This document shows, one piece after another, positions 39,261 through 47,954 of a stretch of 64,000 bases of DNA. Positions within the stretch are counted from its first letter, which is position 1; every line of letters starts with the position of its first letter. The stretch is from an uncultured Pseudomonadota bacterium. Lineage in GTDB: Bacteria > Bdellovibrionota_B > Oligoflexia > Oligoflexales > CAIYRB01. Position numbers and translations under genes: made by a program. The DNA lies in assembly GCA_903928445.1 (NCBI GenBank), contig CAIYRB010000060.1, positions 16,875 to 80,874 on the forward strand, given 5' to 3'. Below the pieces are notes generated by a model that had not been told where the DNA came from, did not search any database, and was given only the letters and a program-made list of their open reading frames with translations.

Positions 39261-41630
39261 TTAATTCGCCTTCAAATAGGGCGCGCCCTCAAAGTAGTAC
39301 TTGAGGACGTCTTGCTTCATCGTGTGCAAGCGCAGACTCTCGCTGGCGGTCGATAAAAGCGGCTTCCAGACTTGATTGGCGAGCTCGCGACTGCCGTTTC
39401 TGTAATGCAGTAGACCATGCAAATAGCGCGCTTCCGTGCTCAACTCGGGTGGTAATTCAGAAAGCACCGCCGTCGCCTGCCTTATAAGGCCGGCCCTGAG
39501 ATAGCAGTGAGCTAAAACTTTTAGGTTTTTCTGACTGCGCTCACGGTTTAGATCGATCGCCAACTTGGCGTATTCGACCGCCTTATCGATGGATTTGCCG
39601 CGCCAGGCAAAACAATCGGCCAGCTCCAGATAGGCTTTTGCTTGGTCCATAGGCGGCAAGGCCGGAAAAAGCAGCATCTGTTCAAACCAAACGGTTGCCG
39701 TCTCTAGCTGCCACAATTCCTTGAACAAGATCCCGAGTGCCCAATAAATATCAGGACTATCAAAATTGGTGTTGAGCAACTTCATAAAGTCGTAGGTAGC
39801 ACGTCCCGCGTCGTACTTGCACGCGGCCTGAACCAGAGCCAAAAGTGGCGCCGGTGCGCCGCTGGCATATAAATAGCGTAGCTTGCGCCGCGCATAGACC
39901 AGCTCATAGGCATGCTGTTCGAGCATAAGTCCGGTGCGCTGATCAAAATCCACCCAGGATTCTGGCGACTCATCACCATTGCTTAGACCTGCTAACATGG
40001 CATCGACTTCTTTTAGGTCGGCATCCAGCGGCGCGAGATGCATGAGGCTGGTAATCTCTGACAGCAGGTAAGCGACGTTCCATGGGTCCATCGTCTGCAC
40101 CTTGCGAAGCAGCTGCAGCGACATGTGAAAATCGTGCTTTTGCGCATAGAAATTCGACTTTAGCCAATAGATTTCGGCTTGACTAGTGGTCGGCAAACCC
40201 GCGGTCGTATGGATCGAACTTAGGATCTCCATGGCTAGGTCAGCGCTTTTATATTGCATGACAAAGGCCGCATACTTCAGCGCCGTCACCCGGTTGCCGC
40301 GGTCAAGCTGATACATGGCGTCGTAGTGTTTACCGGCGCGATCGATATTGCCTAAGCGTAGATAAACGTCGGCAATATGCCCTTGCACTTCGGCGTCACC
40401 GCTAAATTTCGCCAGCAGACTATGCAGTAAGGCCAGCAACTCAACTTTGTCGCCGCTGTTTTCGACTAACTGCCGCAGCCGCTCCCGACCAATAAGGTAC
40501 TCCTCGACATTGACACCGCCGAGCTTCAGGTTGGCTACCAGGAGACAAAAGCGCACATCTGGGTTTTCTGGATGAGCCTGGTAGGCCTCGGTAAACATCG
40601 ATTGCGCGAGCTGGTGCTCGCCAAGCCCAAGCAACAGACTGCCAATCTTTTGCACCACCCCCTGCGATGCGCCTTCGGAACTCAAAATGCGCTGATAAAA
40701 TGGCAAGGCTGGGGTCAGACCCTCAAAGTCCTCGGTAACTTTAGCGATAAAATAGAGGACGTTTTCCTTGGTGCGTGGGTCATCCAGTGCGCCTCCGGCC
40801 AAGGCATGGGCCCGACTCTTTTGGATCTCGCTATGAACATGATCACCCTGGGCCGCCTGGATGCGCGCCATGGCGAGCATTTCGTAGATCTGAATCTCCA
40901 GGGGGCAAACACCCTTATGTTCCACCCACCAGGCCGACAAGGCTTGGATGGCCGCCTCGGCTTCGAGGTAGCGCTCACGTTGGAGAAACTCCGTGGATAG
41001 CTGCCTATGGGTTTCAAAATTGCCATAAACATTGAACGGCGCGGCCTGTTCAAAGAGGTAGAAGAACTGGTCACCACGGCGCTCGTCACCCATCTGGTAA
41101 TGGACCTGACTCAGCCCAAAGTAGGCAACAAACCATTCGGGATCAAGATTCAGCGCCTGCTGGTAGTTAAAAACAGCTCGCTCAAAGTTGCCTTGCTGCT
41201 CCATGCTGCAGCCAATGCCATAGTATGCCGGCGCGCTGGCGCCGTGGCGCCGCATGATATCCTGAAAGACGCTCGTCGCCTCACTTGGGGTGATCAGCTC
41301 ACCTTGCTGTTCGACGAATGCCAAGCAGAGTTCAACGGCGCCATGATCGCGCTCTGCCTGCATGCGCTGCAAATAGTGGGTACGCAGCTTGGCCAAACTC
41401 TTGAGCATGGTGCCGAGCTCGATGCGCCGCATGTGCACCAGAAGCTCTGCGCCACCTTCTGGAGTCTGCAGTAATTGATCGAGCATCTGCTCCGCCTCGC
41501 CATAGCGTTTGACGAAGATGAGCTTGTTCGCTTCCGCTAGCTTTTGTGCGATAGCCTTTTGCATGCCGCTCCCTAGACGAGAGCCGCACCTGTGGCCCAC
41601 GTAACTAAGGTATCGGCCTAACGCGATCAA
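39261..41630 (-). CDS. Large TPR-repeat protein (~770-790 aa), cytoplasmic
   Basis: Recurrent 34-residue helical repeats with W/LG/Y/A/F/A/P spacing throughout. An alternative ATG at 41564 is possible. Confidence 0.7.
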   Translation of the reverse strand: MIALGRYLSYVGHRCGSRLGSGMQKAIAQKLAEANKLIFVKRYGEAEQMLDQLLQTPEGGAELLVHMRRIELGTMLKSLAKLRTHYLQRMQAERDHGAVELCLAFVEQQGELITPSEATSVFQDIMRRHGASAPAYYGIGCSMEQQGNFERAVFNYQQALNLDPEWFVAYFGLSQVHYQMGDERRGDQFFYLFEQAAPFNVYGNFETHRQLSTEFLQRERYLEAEAAIQALSAWWVEHKGVCPLEIQIYEMLAMARIQAAQGDHVHSEIQKSRAHALAGGALDDPRTKENVLYFIAKVTEDFEGLTPALPFYQRILSSEGASQGVVQKIGSLLLGLGEHQLAQSMFTEAYQAHPENPDVRFCLLVANLKLGGVNVEEYLIGRERLRQLVENSGDKVELLALLHSLLAKFSGDAEVQGHIADVYLRLGNIDRAGKHYDAMYQLDRGNRVTALKYAAFVMQYKSADLAMEILSSIHTTAGLPTTSQAEIYWLKSNFYAQKHDFHMSLQLLRKVQTMDPWNVAYLLSEITSLMHLAPLDADLKEVDAMLAGLSNGDESPESWVDFDQRTGLMLEQHAYELVYARRKLRYLYASGAPAPLLALVQAACKYDAGRATYDFMKLLNTNFDSPDIYWALGILFKELWQLETATVWFEQMLLFPALPPMDQAKAYLELADCFAWRGKSIDKAVEYAKLAIDLNRERSQKNLKVLAHCYLRAGLIRQATAVLSELPPELSTEARYLHGLLHYRNGSRELANQVWKPLLSTASESLRLHTMKQDVLKYYFEGAPYLKAN

Positions 41631-41726
41631 ACCTTACTGCCAGTCCTCCAGCTAGATTTAGCACAAAACCGCTCAGGGACGAGGAAGGTTCTGGTTACCT
41701 GGGGTTAGCCTAAGAACAGGTGCGAA

Positions 41727-41820
41727 AAATTCCCTGCCTCCCTACTGCCGCGCCTCCGTGGTCAAACCCAAACGCCGACTTTTAACCACAGAGGCGCGGC
41801 AGTAGGGAGACAGGGAATTT
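41727..41820 (-). terminator. Very long near-perfect inverted repeat (35-36-bp arms, 22-nt loop) 13 nt downstream of the acyl-CoA dehydrogenase stop; hairpin terminator or REP-like element
   Basis: Arms are 41728-41762 and 41785-41819. The two non-Watson-Crick positions become G-U pairs only in the minus-strand transcript, matching the orientation of the flanking genes. Confidence 0.55.
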
Positions 41821-41832
41821 ACCGACTAGCCT

Positions 41833-43023
41833 CTAAGCGCCAAAGGCTTGCTTGCCGGCGATCTCAGCGCCGACGATCAACAGATGGATATCGTTGGTTC
41901 CCTCGTAGGTAAACACCGTCTCTAGATTACACATGTGGCGCATCGCTTTGTACTCGATCATGATGCCGTTACCACCGAGGATGTCCCGACAGGTGCGTGC
42001 AGTCTCTAGCGCCATCTCGACGTTGTTTTGCTTGCCCATGCTGACATGTGCAAAGTGCAGCTGCCCGGCATTTTTCAGCTGACCGAGGCGCAAAGCCAAG
42101 AGTTTACCCTGGGTCAGACGCGACAGCATGATAGCTAACTTGCGCTGTACCAGCTGGGTATGACCGATTGGCCTTTTAAAGGTGACACGGTCACTGGCAT
42201 AGGCCACAGCTTCGTCAAAGCATGCTTCGGCGGCTCCGAGCACGCCCCAGGCGATGCCGTAGCGCGCCTGCGTTAAGCAGCTAAGCGGTGATTTCAAGCC
42301 ATGGGATAGCGGCAGTACGGCGTCTTTGGGCAGCTTTAAATGGTCAAAATACAGCTCCGAAGTCACCGAGGCGCGCAGCGACAACTTACCTTCCATCTTG
42401 CGCGCGGTGAAGCCGGGAGTCTTCGTCGGCACGACAAAGCCGCGAATGCCGTCCGTCGTCGCCGCCCACACCACCGCGACATCGGCGAGGTTGCCATTGG
42501 TGATCCACATCTTCGATCCATTCAGTTCCCAATGGTCTCCCTTATCCTCAGCCCGTGTCTGCATGGCGCCGGGATCGGAGCCGCCATTGGCCTCAGTCAA
42601 GCCAAAACAGCCGACCGCCTGGCCGCTGCCGAGTTTTGGTAGCCACTCCTGCTTTTGGGCTTCGCTGCCAAAGGCGTGTATTGGAAACATGACCAATGCG
42701 CCCTGCACCGAGGCGAAGCTGCGAATCCCCGAGTCACAGCGCTCCAGCTCTTGCATGACTAGACCGTAGGAAATATGGTCCATGCCCGGTAAGCCGTAGC
42801 CCTTGAGATTCGACCCAAGCAGACCTAGGGCGCCCAGCTTAGGGATGATCTCGGTGGGAAAGCGCTCCTCCAGATAAGCGGTGCGAATCTTGGGTTCGAC
42901 CTCTTTGGCGACAAAATCGCGCACCGTGCTTTGCACTAAACGCTGCTCCTCAGTCAGCAGCTCCTGAATCTGCAGAAAGTCGGGAAATGGCGAGGTATGT
43001 GGCGAAGTATATGGTGAAGTCAT
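41833..43023 (-). CDS. Acyl-CoA dehydrogenase (glutaryl-CoA dehydrogenase-like)
   Basis: GCFGLTEANGGSDPG, MWITNG and YEGTNDIHLLIVG motifs of the ACAD fold. Size ~396 aa. Confidence 0.88.
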   Translation of the reverse strand: MTSPYTSPHTSPFPDFLQIQELLTEEQRLVQSTVRDFVAKEVEPKIRTAYLEERFPTEIIPKLGALGLLGSNLKGYGLPGMDHISYGLVMQELERCDSGIRSFASVQGALVMFPIHAFGSEAQKQEWLPKLGSGQAVGCFGLTEANGGSDPGAMQTRAEDKGDHWELNGSKMWITNGNLADVAVVWAATTDGIRGFVVPTKTPGFTARKMEGKLSLRASVTSELYFDHLKLPKDAVLPLSHGLKSPLSCLTQARYGIAWGVLGAAEACFDEAVAYASDRVTFKRPIGHTQLVQRKLAIMLSRLTQGKLLALRLGQLKNAGQLHFAHVSMGKQNNVEMALETARTCRDILGGNGIMIEYKAMRHMCNLETVFTYEGTNDIHLLIVGAEIAGKQAFGA

Positions 43024-43064
43024 GGTAGTCCTCCTGAATGCAGCATGGAAAGATAAGCGACCGG

Positions 43065-43739
43065 CTAGCGCGGCTTACGCCGCACGCTAGCATAATAAGC
43101 AAAGCGCGCAACGATAGACACCAAGGCCACCAAAGCCACTACCGCATGCGTCTGGCGCTGCGGCGGCGCTAGGGTAAGACCGTACAGCGCGGCCCAAGCC
43201 AAGATCAGGCAGAGCCCGGCACCGAGCTCTCGCTGACGCCCACGCAGCAAGGCCTGGCGCCAAGCAAAGCGCGGCTGCGGCCCGGTCGCCGCCAGCGAGT
43301 ATGGCCACAGCCGCGGCAGCAGCGCTGGCACCTCGCCGCGGTAGAGCGTGTAGGCCGGCCCAATCTGGGCGGCCGCAGCGGCTTCTGCGCGCAGGTAAGC
43401 CCTGCCGTGCAGGATGGCCATCGCCACCAAGAACACCGCTGTGACAGGTGCGTTACGGCCCGCCAAACACAGGCCAAAAAAAAGCAACAGCGTACCGAGC
43501 AAATACGGATGGCGCAGCCAACGAAACGGACCGACGAACTGCTCTGCGTTACGCAGGTAGCCCGCAGACCAAACGCGCAGGACCAAGCCAAGGGCGCTGA
43601 CAACTGCGCCACACAGCAGTGACTGCGGCGTTGGCACAGCACAGATAAACACCGCAGCAACCACGACAAACTCGACCAGGCCGCGCACCGAGACGTGAAA
43701 CCAACGATGCAGCCATGATTCAAATACGGCCATGCTCAT
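43065..43739 (-). CDS. Isoprenylcysteine carboxyl methyltransferase / phospholipid methyltransferase family membrane protein
   Basis: Multi-TM protein with RHPYLLG and downstream E motifs (ICMT/PEMT class VI-like). Start chosen at the ATG at 43739 to avoid overlap with the upstream gene. Confidence 0.55.
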   Translation of the reverse strand: MSMAVFESWLHRWFHVSVRGLVEFVVVAAVFICAVPTPQSLLCGAVVSALGLVLRVWSAGYLRNAEQFVGPFRWLRHPYLLGTLLLFFGLCLAGRNAPVTAVFLVAMAILHGRAYLRAEAAAAAQIGPAYTLYRGEVPALLPRLWPYSLAATGPQPRFAWRQALLRGRQRELGAGLCLILAWAALYGLTLAPPQRQTHAVVALVALVSIVARFAYYASVRRKPR

Positions 43740-43780
43740 ATCCTCTGCCGTTGCCAGCTTGCCACTAGTGCCGCGCCAGG

Positions 43781-44677
43781 TCAGATTGTCTCCCGCCAAC
43801 GCTTGTAGGTCCAGGTCCATTGCTCCGGATAGGCGCGAATGACCCGTTCAATCGCCTCGGCGCAGCGTGCCGTCACGGCGCCTTCCGCTGTGGGCTGAGC
43901 GCCGCCTGGACCCGCCGGACCCGCCGGACCAAACAAGGTTTCGCTGAGCAAACGGTAGGTCAATGGGCCCTCTCTGACGCAGAAGATGGCGATCACTGGA
44001 CACCCGACCTTACGTGCCAACTTCTCCGGCCCAAAGACAAACTCGGTGGCCACCCCAAGAAAAGGCACGACCGGGCCACTTCGCCCCTCTGGCTTTTGAT
44101 CCATGACAAAGCCAAGCGCTTCACGGCGGCGAAGGGCTTCAAGCATATCGCGCAGCAGCGTCTTTTTATCCGTCCATAAAACATGGGTCCCCATGCGCCC
44201 TCGCAGCACGCCGAGAAAGGCCGTAAGCAGCTTGCTGCGCGATGGCTTAGCCAGCACATGAAGCGGTTTGCTGGCTGCTTTTTGGGCATAAGAAGCGCAC
44301 AGCTCCCAGCTGCCCAGATGCGCCGTCACCAACATATGGCCGAGTCCCGCCGCCTCCGCCGCGGCGATCTGCGCCTTCAGCTCATCAAAACCAAGCACCT
44401 TGATACAGCCAGGCCGGCGAATCTGGCGCAGGGTTTCCAGTGCAATCAGGAATTGCTGGCGAAAGACTTGGGCCGCGAACATCTTGGCGAATTCACTGTG
44501 GCGCGGCAACGAGTAAACTCGCTGCAGATTGAGAAACAGGCGACGCCGGGACCGCCGCGCCAGACGCAGGTGCAACCAGCCGCCGACACTTGCCACGGCC
44601 TCCAACCACGGCGCCGGCAGGTGCGCCAATGCAACCCACACCAGGGTGAGGAGCCGTAGCTGCAGATTCGGACTCAT
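43781..44677 (-). CDS. Lipid A biosynthesis acyltransferase (LpxL/HtrB-type lysophospholipid acyltransferase family)
   Basis: N-terminal TM, HLGSWE (HX4E acyltransferase motif) and later conserved VPFLGVATEF/PEG blocks. ATG at 44677. Confidence 0.75.
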   Translation of the reverse strand: MSPNLQLRLLTLVWVALAHLPAPWLEAVASVGGWLHLRLARRSRRRLFLNLQRVYSLPRHSEFAKMFAAQVFRQQFLIALETLRQIRRPGCIKVLGFDELKAQIAAAEAAGLGHMLVTAHLGSWELCASYAQKAASKPLHVLAKPSRSKLLTAFLGVLRGRMGTHVLWTDKKTLLRDMLEALRRREALGFVMDQKPEGRSGPVVPFLGVATEFVFGPEKLARKVGCPVIAIFCVREGPLTYRLLSETLFGPAGPAGPGGAQPTAEGAVTARCAEAIERVIRAYPEQWTWTYKRWRETI

Positions 44678-44684
44678 AGCTCGC

Positions 44685-45587
44685 TCACCGCGGCGCGGTC
44701 GCCTGAGCAAAAAAGCTCGCCGCTCTATAGGAACTACGTACCAGCGGTCCGGATGCGACGGAAAGAAAGCCCATGGCTTTGGCCTTCGCCGCAAGGAGGT
44801 CAAACTCCTCCGGCGGCACCCAACGCTTGATGCTCAAATGCTGCTTGGTCGGCCGCATGTATTGGCCAATCGTCACAAACTCGACGCCGTGCTCGCGCAG
44901 GTCGCCGAGAGCTTCCAAGGCCTCGTCCAAGGTTTCGCCTAAGCCGAGCATCAACGCGCTTTTGGTATAGACACGGTAGTCGGCCTGCTGCCTGACTAGG
45001 CGCAACACCTCGAGCGACTGGCGGTAACTAGCACGGGCGTCGCGCACGCGTGGCGTCAAACGCTCGACGGTTTCCAGGTTGTGGGCAAAGACCTCGGGCC
45101 GAGCCGCGACGATCGCCTGCAGCGAAGGCACCTTTTGCTGGAAATCTCCCGCGAGAATTTCTAGCGTAATCTCCGGGCTCAAGGCCCGCACTTCGCGGAT
45201 CACCGCCGCGACATGGGCGGCTCCACCGTCGGGCAGATCGTCTCGGTCGACCATGGTGATAACGGCATATTTAAGCCCCATGGCCTTGGCTGACTCCGCC
45301 GTCTGGCGCGGTTCCTTGGCATCCAACCAACCACCGGGGTTACCGGTTTTAATGTGGCAAAAGCGGCAGGCGCGGGTGCAGGTATCGCCAAGCACCATGA
45401 AGGTCGCCGTGCCCTCGCTCCAGCACTGCGAGATATTCGGGCACTTGGCCTCCTCACAGACGGTAAACAATTGCCGCTGGCGAAGGTCGCGCTTGATCTG
45501 GAAGTAGATGTCTCCAGACGGGATCTTGGTCTTAAGCCAGTCGGGTTTACCGATGTGGAGGGGTGCCGGGGGCTGCGTTTCGCTCAT
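44685..45587 (-). CDS. lipA: Lipoyl synthase
   Basis: Two Fe-S Cys clusters: CEEAKCPNISQC and CTRACRFC (radical-SAM CxxxCxxC). Confidence 0.93.
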   Translation of the reverse strand: MSETQPPAPLHIGKPDWLKTKIPSGDIYFQIKRDLRQRQLFTVCEEAKCPNISQCWSEGTATFMVLGDTCTRACRFCHIKTGNPGGWLDAKEPRQTAESAKAMGLKYAVITMVDRDDLPDGGAAHVAAVIREVRALSPEITLEILAGDFQQKVPSLQAIVAARPEVFAHNLETVERLTPRVRDARASYRQSLEVLRLVRQQADYRVYTKSALMLGLGETLDEALEALGDLREHGVEFVTIGQYMRPTKQHLSIKRWVPPEEFDLLAAKAKAMGFLSVASGPLVRSSYRAASFFAQATAPR

Positions 45588-45827
45588 GCCATTGTGCTTT
45601 CTAAGGGTGCTTTCTCAGTGCGTTCTCAGGGCGTTACAAGGGCGGGTGGGGGTGTCCACGAGCAGCGCCGAAGGCCGCTGCTTTTAAGATGTGCCACCGG
45701 TCCATAATAGGCTAAAAGGGGGCGCCGCGCATGCCTGCCACGACCACCGACGAGCCTAGCGTTATTCGGCAAAAACGTCTACACCTGGCAACCCCAAGAC
45801 CGCCCCCTCACGGAGACCGCACCGCCG

Positions 45828-46982
45828 ATGCTACCGCCTAACCAACGCTCGATCAATATACCCGGTCGGATGCTCGATGCCTGGCGCACCGCCATCCTCG
45901 GTATGGCAAAATTGCCTAGGGGCACCCCGCGTGCCGAATTCACACCGGATGAACTACTGAGCAAGGTGCAGAAACAAGAGACCAAGACCGTTATTGAGCT
46001 GTGGGAAACCTTCACCCAGGAACGCTCAAATCTATCGCGTGGACTCCTCGGCAACGCCCGCCAGACGGTGGCGTACCTGCTTGGCTTTCATTTGGTGAAC
46101 GCGGCGCGGGCGATGCTGCTCCTCAGGCGACTCGACGAACGCCACGACCTGAGCGCCTGGGTCAAGCGCCTGGCCGCCTCGCCACATCCCGTACTCTGGC
46201 ATGACCTGGGATGCGGCACGGGTGCCATCGCGCAAACCATCGGCGACTTTCTCGTGCACTCGGGACTGCCCGTTGGTCGCCTTGAATTGCACCTCTACGA
46301 CGGGGTTGGCACCCTGCTCGATGCCGCCACGGCGGTGTTGACCGCTGCCGGACTAGCCGCGAAAACGCACCGCGTCGGCTTGGAAAGCCTCGACCCAGCG
46401 CGTCTGGTGGCGCCGTCCGATCCGCGGGTGCGCGGCTTTTCCCTGGGGTATGTCTGGAACGAGCTAGAAAAAAATCCTCAGGCGCGGTCTCGACTCAAGG
46501 CGATCTTCTCGTCGCAGGTCGCAGGCAAGACCTTGCTGTTACTACTGGAACCAGCGACGCAGGCGCAGTCGCGCGCGGCGATGGAGCTACGCGACGAACT
46601 GGTGGCCTTTGGCTACCTGCCCCTCTACCCTTGCCCGCATGCAGCACCCTGTCCGATGCTCAACCTCAGCCGCGACTGGTGCTTTGCCGAAGGCGAATGG
46701 CAGCAGCCAAAGCCGATGCAGCTTTTAGACAAGGCCCTGCGCATCGACCGCACCCGCCTCAATGGGACGCTCATGGCCTTTGCCTCGCCGACTCTGGCCG
46801 CTGATTTGGCACTAAAGAACGATTCCAGTGTCGACAGAGGCGCAGTCATCGTCGGAAGGCCCGAGCGGGTCGACCAAAAGGGCACGGTCGACTACCTTTT
46901 GTGCGAAGCCGGCGCCTTGCGCAAAGCGCCAGTCAAGGCAGGAACTCCCGCCCAAGCCCGCGGTACGATGATAAATAATTGA
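45828..46982 (+). CDS. Class I SAM-dependent methyltransferase of the Rsm22-like family (COG5459) with a C-terminal Cys cluster
   Basis: HDLGCGTG SAM motif I and C-terminal YPCPHAAPCP...DWCFAEGEW. Confidence 0.55.
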   Translation: MLPPNQRSINIPGRMLDAWRTAILGMAKLPRGTPRAEFTPDELLSKVQKQETKTVIELWETFTQERSNLSRGLLGNARQTVAYLLGFHLVNAARAMLLLRRLDERHDLSAWVKRLAASPHPVLWHDLGCGTGAIAQTIGDFLVHSGLPVGRLELHLYDGVGTLLDAATAVLTAAGLAAKTHRVGLESLDPARLVAPSDPRVRGFSLGYVWNELEKNPQARSRLKAIFSSQVAGKTLLLLLEPATQAQSRAAMELRDELVAFGYLPLYPCPHAAPCPMLNLSRDWCFAEGEWQQPKPMQLLDKALRIDRTRLNGTLMAFASPTLAADLALKNDSSVDRGAVIVGRPERVDQKGTVDYLLCEAGALRKAPVKAGTPAQARGTMINN

Positions 46983-47149
46983 TATTCATGATCTAAACAA
47001 GGGTCTGGCGACCCTAGGCACGGGCCGCCGACAAAAGATTCGAATCGTCAAGCGGCTTCGAGTATATTCCGCCAGGGTTTTTTACCTAGTCTACCGGGTG
47101 TACCCAGCGCCTTGCGCCCAGGATACCGCAAACGATACGAGGAAAGTCG

Positions 47150-47815
47150 ATGCTACACGATCAACCGGATGGATGCGAGACACCAGGCGTAGACCCAAGC
47201 AACTCGAGTCTGCCCGCCCCCCTTCGTGGTCTGCACCGCTTACCGCAATCAGCAACCCACCCCAACCAGCTGAGCAATGCCGAAATGGCGGGCTTGCTGC
47301 TACTCTCCGCCACCCCCGAGGATCCCGATCGCCAAGGCTTGAAGGCGACTCCAGCGCGCTACGCGAAGGCCATGACGCAGCTACTTAGCGGCTACCACAC
47401 GACGCCTGAAGCGGTGGCTGGCTCCGGCGTTTTCAGCTCCGAGAGCAACGGTCTGGTGTCGGTGCGAGAGGTCGAGTTTTATAGTTTATGTGAACACCAT
47501 ATGCTGCCATTTTGGGGCAAGATCAGCGTCGCCTACTACCCTGGTGAGCAGATCGTCGGGCTGTCGAAGATTCCCCGGCTCATCAACATGTACGCGCGGC
47601 GCCTGCAGGTCCAGGAGCGCTTAACGCAGCAGGTTGCCGATGCCCTCTTTGGCCTGATAAAACCACGTGCCGTCGTCGTGCGCGCCACCGCTCAGCACCT
47701 GTGTATGATGATGCGCGGAGTCGAAAAGCAGCGATCGGAAACCGTCACCGAGGCAGGCTCAGGACTTAGTCAGCTCAGCGACCTTGAAATATCGCGCCTC
47801 TATGCTGCTTTGTAG
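47150..47815 (+). CDS. folE: GTP cyclohydrolase I
   Basis: FYSLCEHHMLPFWGK and the VRATAQHLCMMMRGV zinc site (CEHH...C). GAGGAAAG RBS. Confidence 0.9.
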   Translation: MLHDQPDGCETPGVDPSNSSLPAPLRGLHRLPQSATHPNQLSNAEMAGLLLLSATPEDPDRQGLKATPARYAKAMTQLLSGYHTTPEAVAGSGVFSSESNGLVSVREVEFYSLCEHHMLPFWGKISVAYYPGEQIVGLSKIPRLINMYARRLQVQERLTQQVADALFGLIKPRAVVVRATAQHLCMMMRGVEKQRSETVTEAGSGLSQLSDLEISRLYAAL

Positions 47816-47954
47816 GAGGCGGCCAAGGCCTGACCCGGTACTGCACTTAGGCGGTATCTCGACGCTAACCCCGTTTTGCTGCCGTTTGCGCAAGCGGGGG
47901 CGCGGGGACCAGGTTTAAGGGCCGTGGCCTTTTGACCGATGCATAGCCTACGCT

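Noticed and set aside
46983-47149. Possible riboswitch or terminator upstream of folE (GGGTC-TGGC-GACCC hairpin; CCAGGGTTTTTT)
   Set aside because: The hairpin is short and there is no recognisable riboswitch consensus. It could be a weak terminator for the upstream methyltransferase gene, but the evidence is thin.
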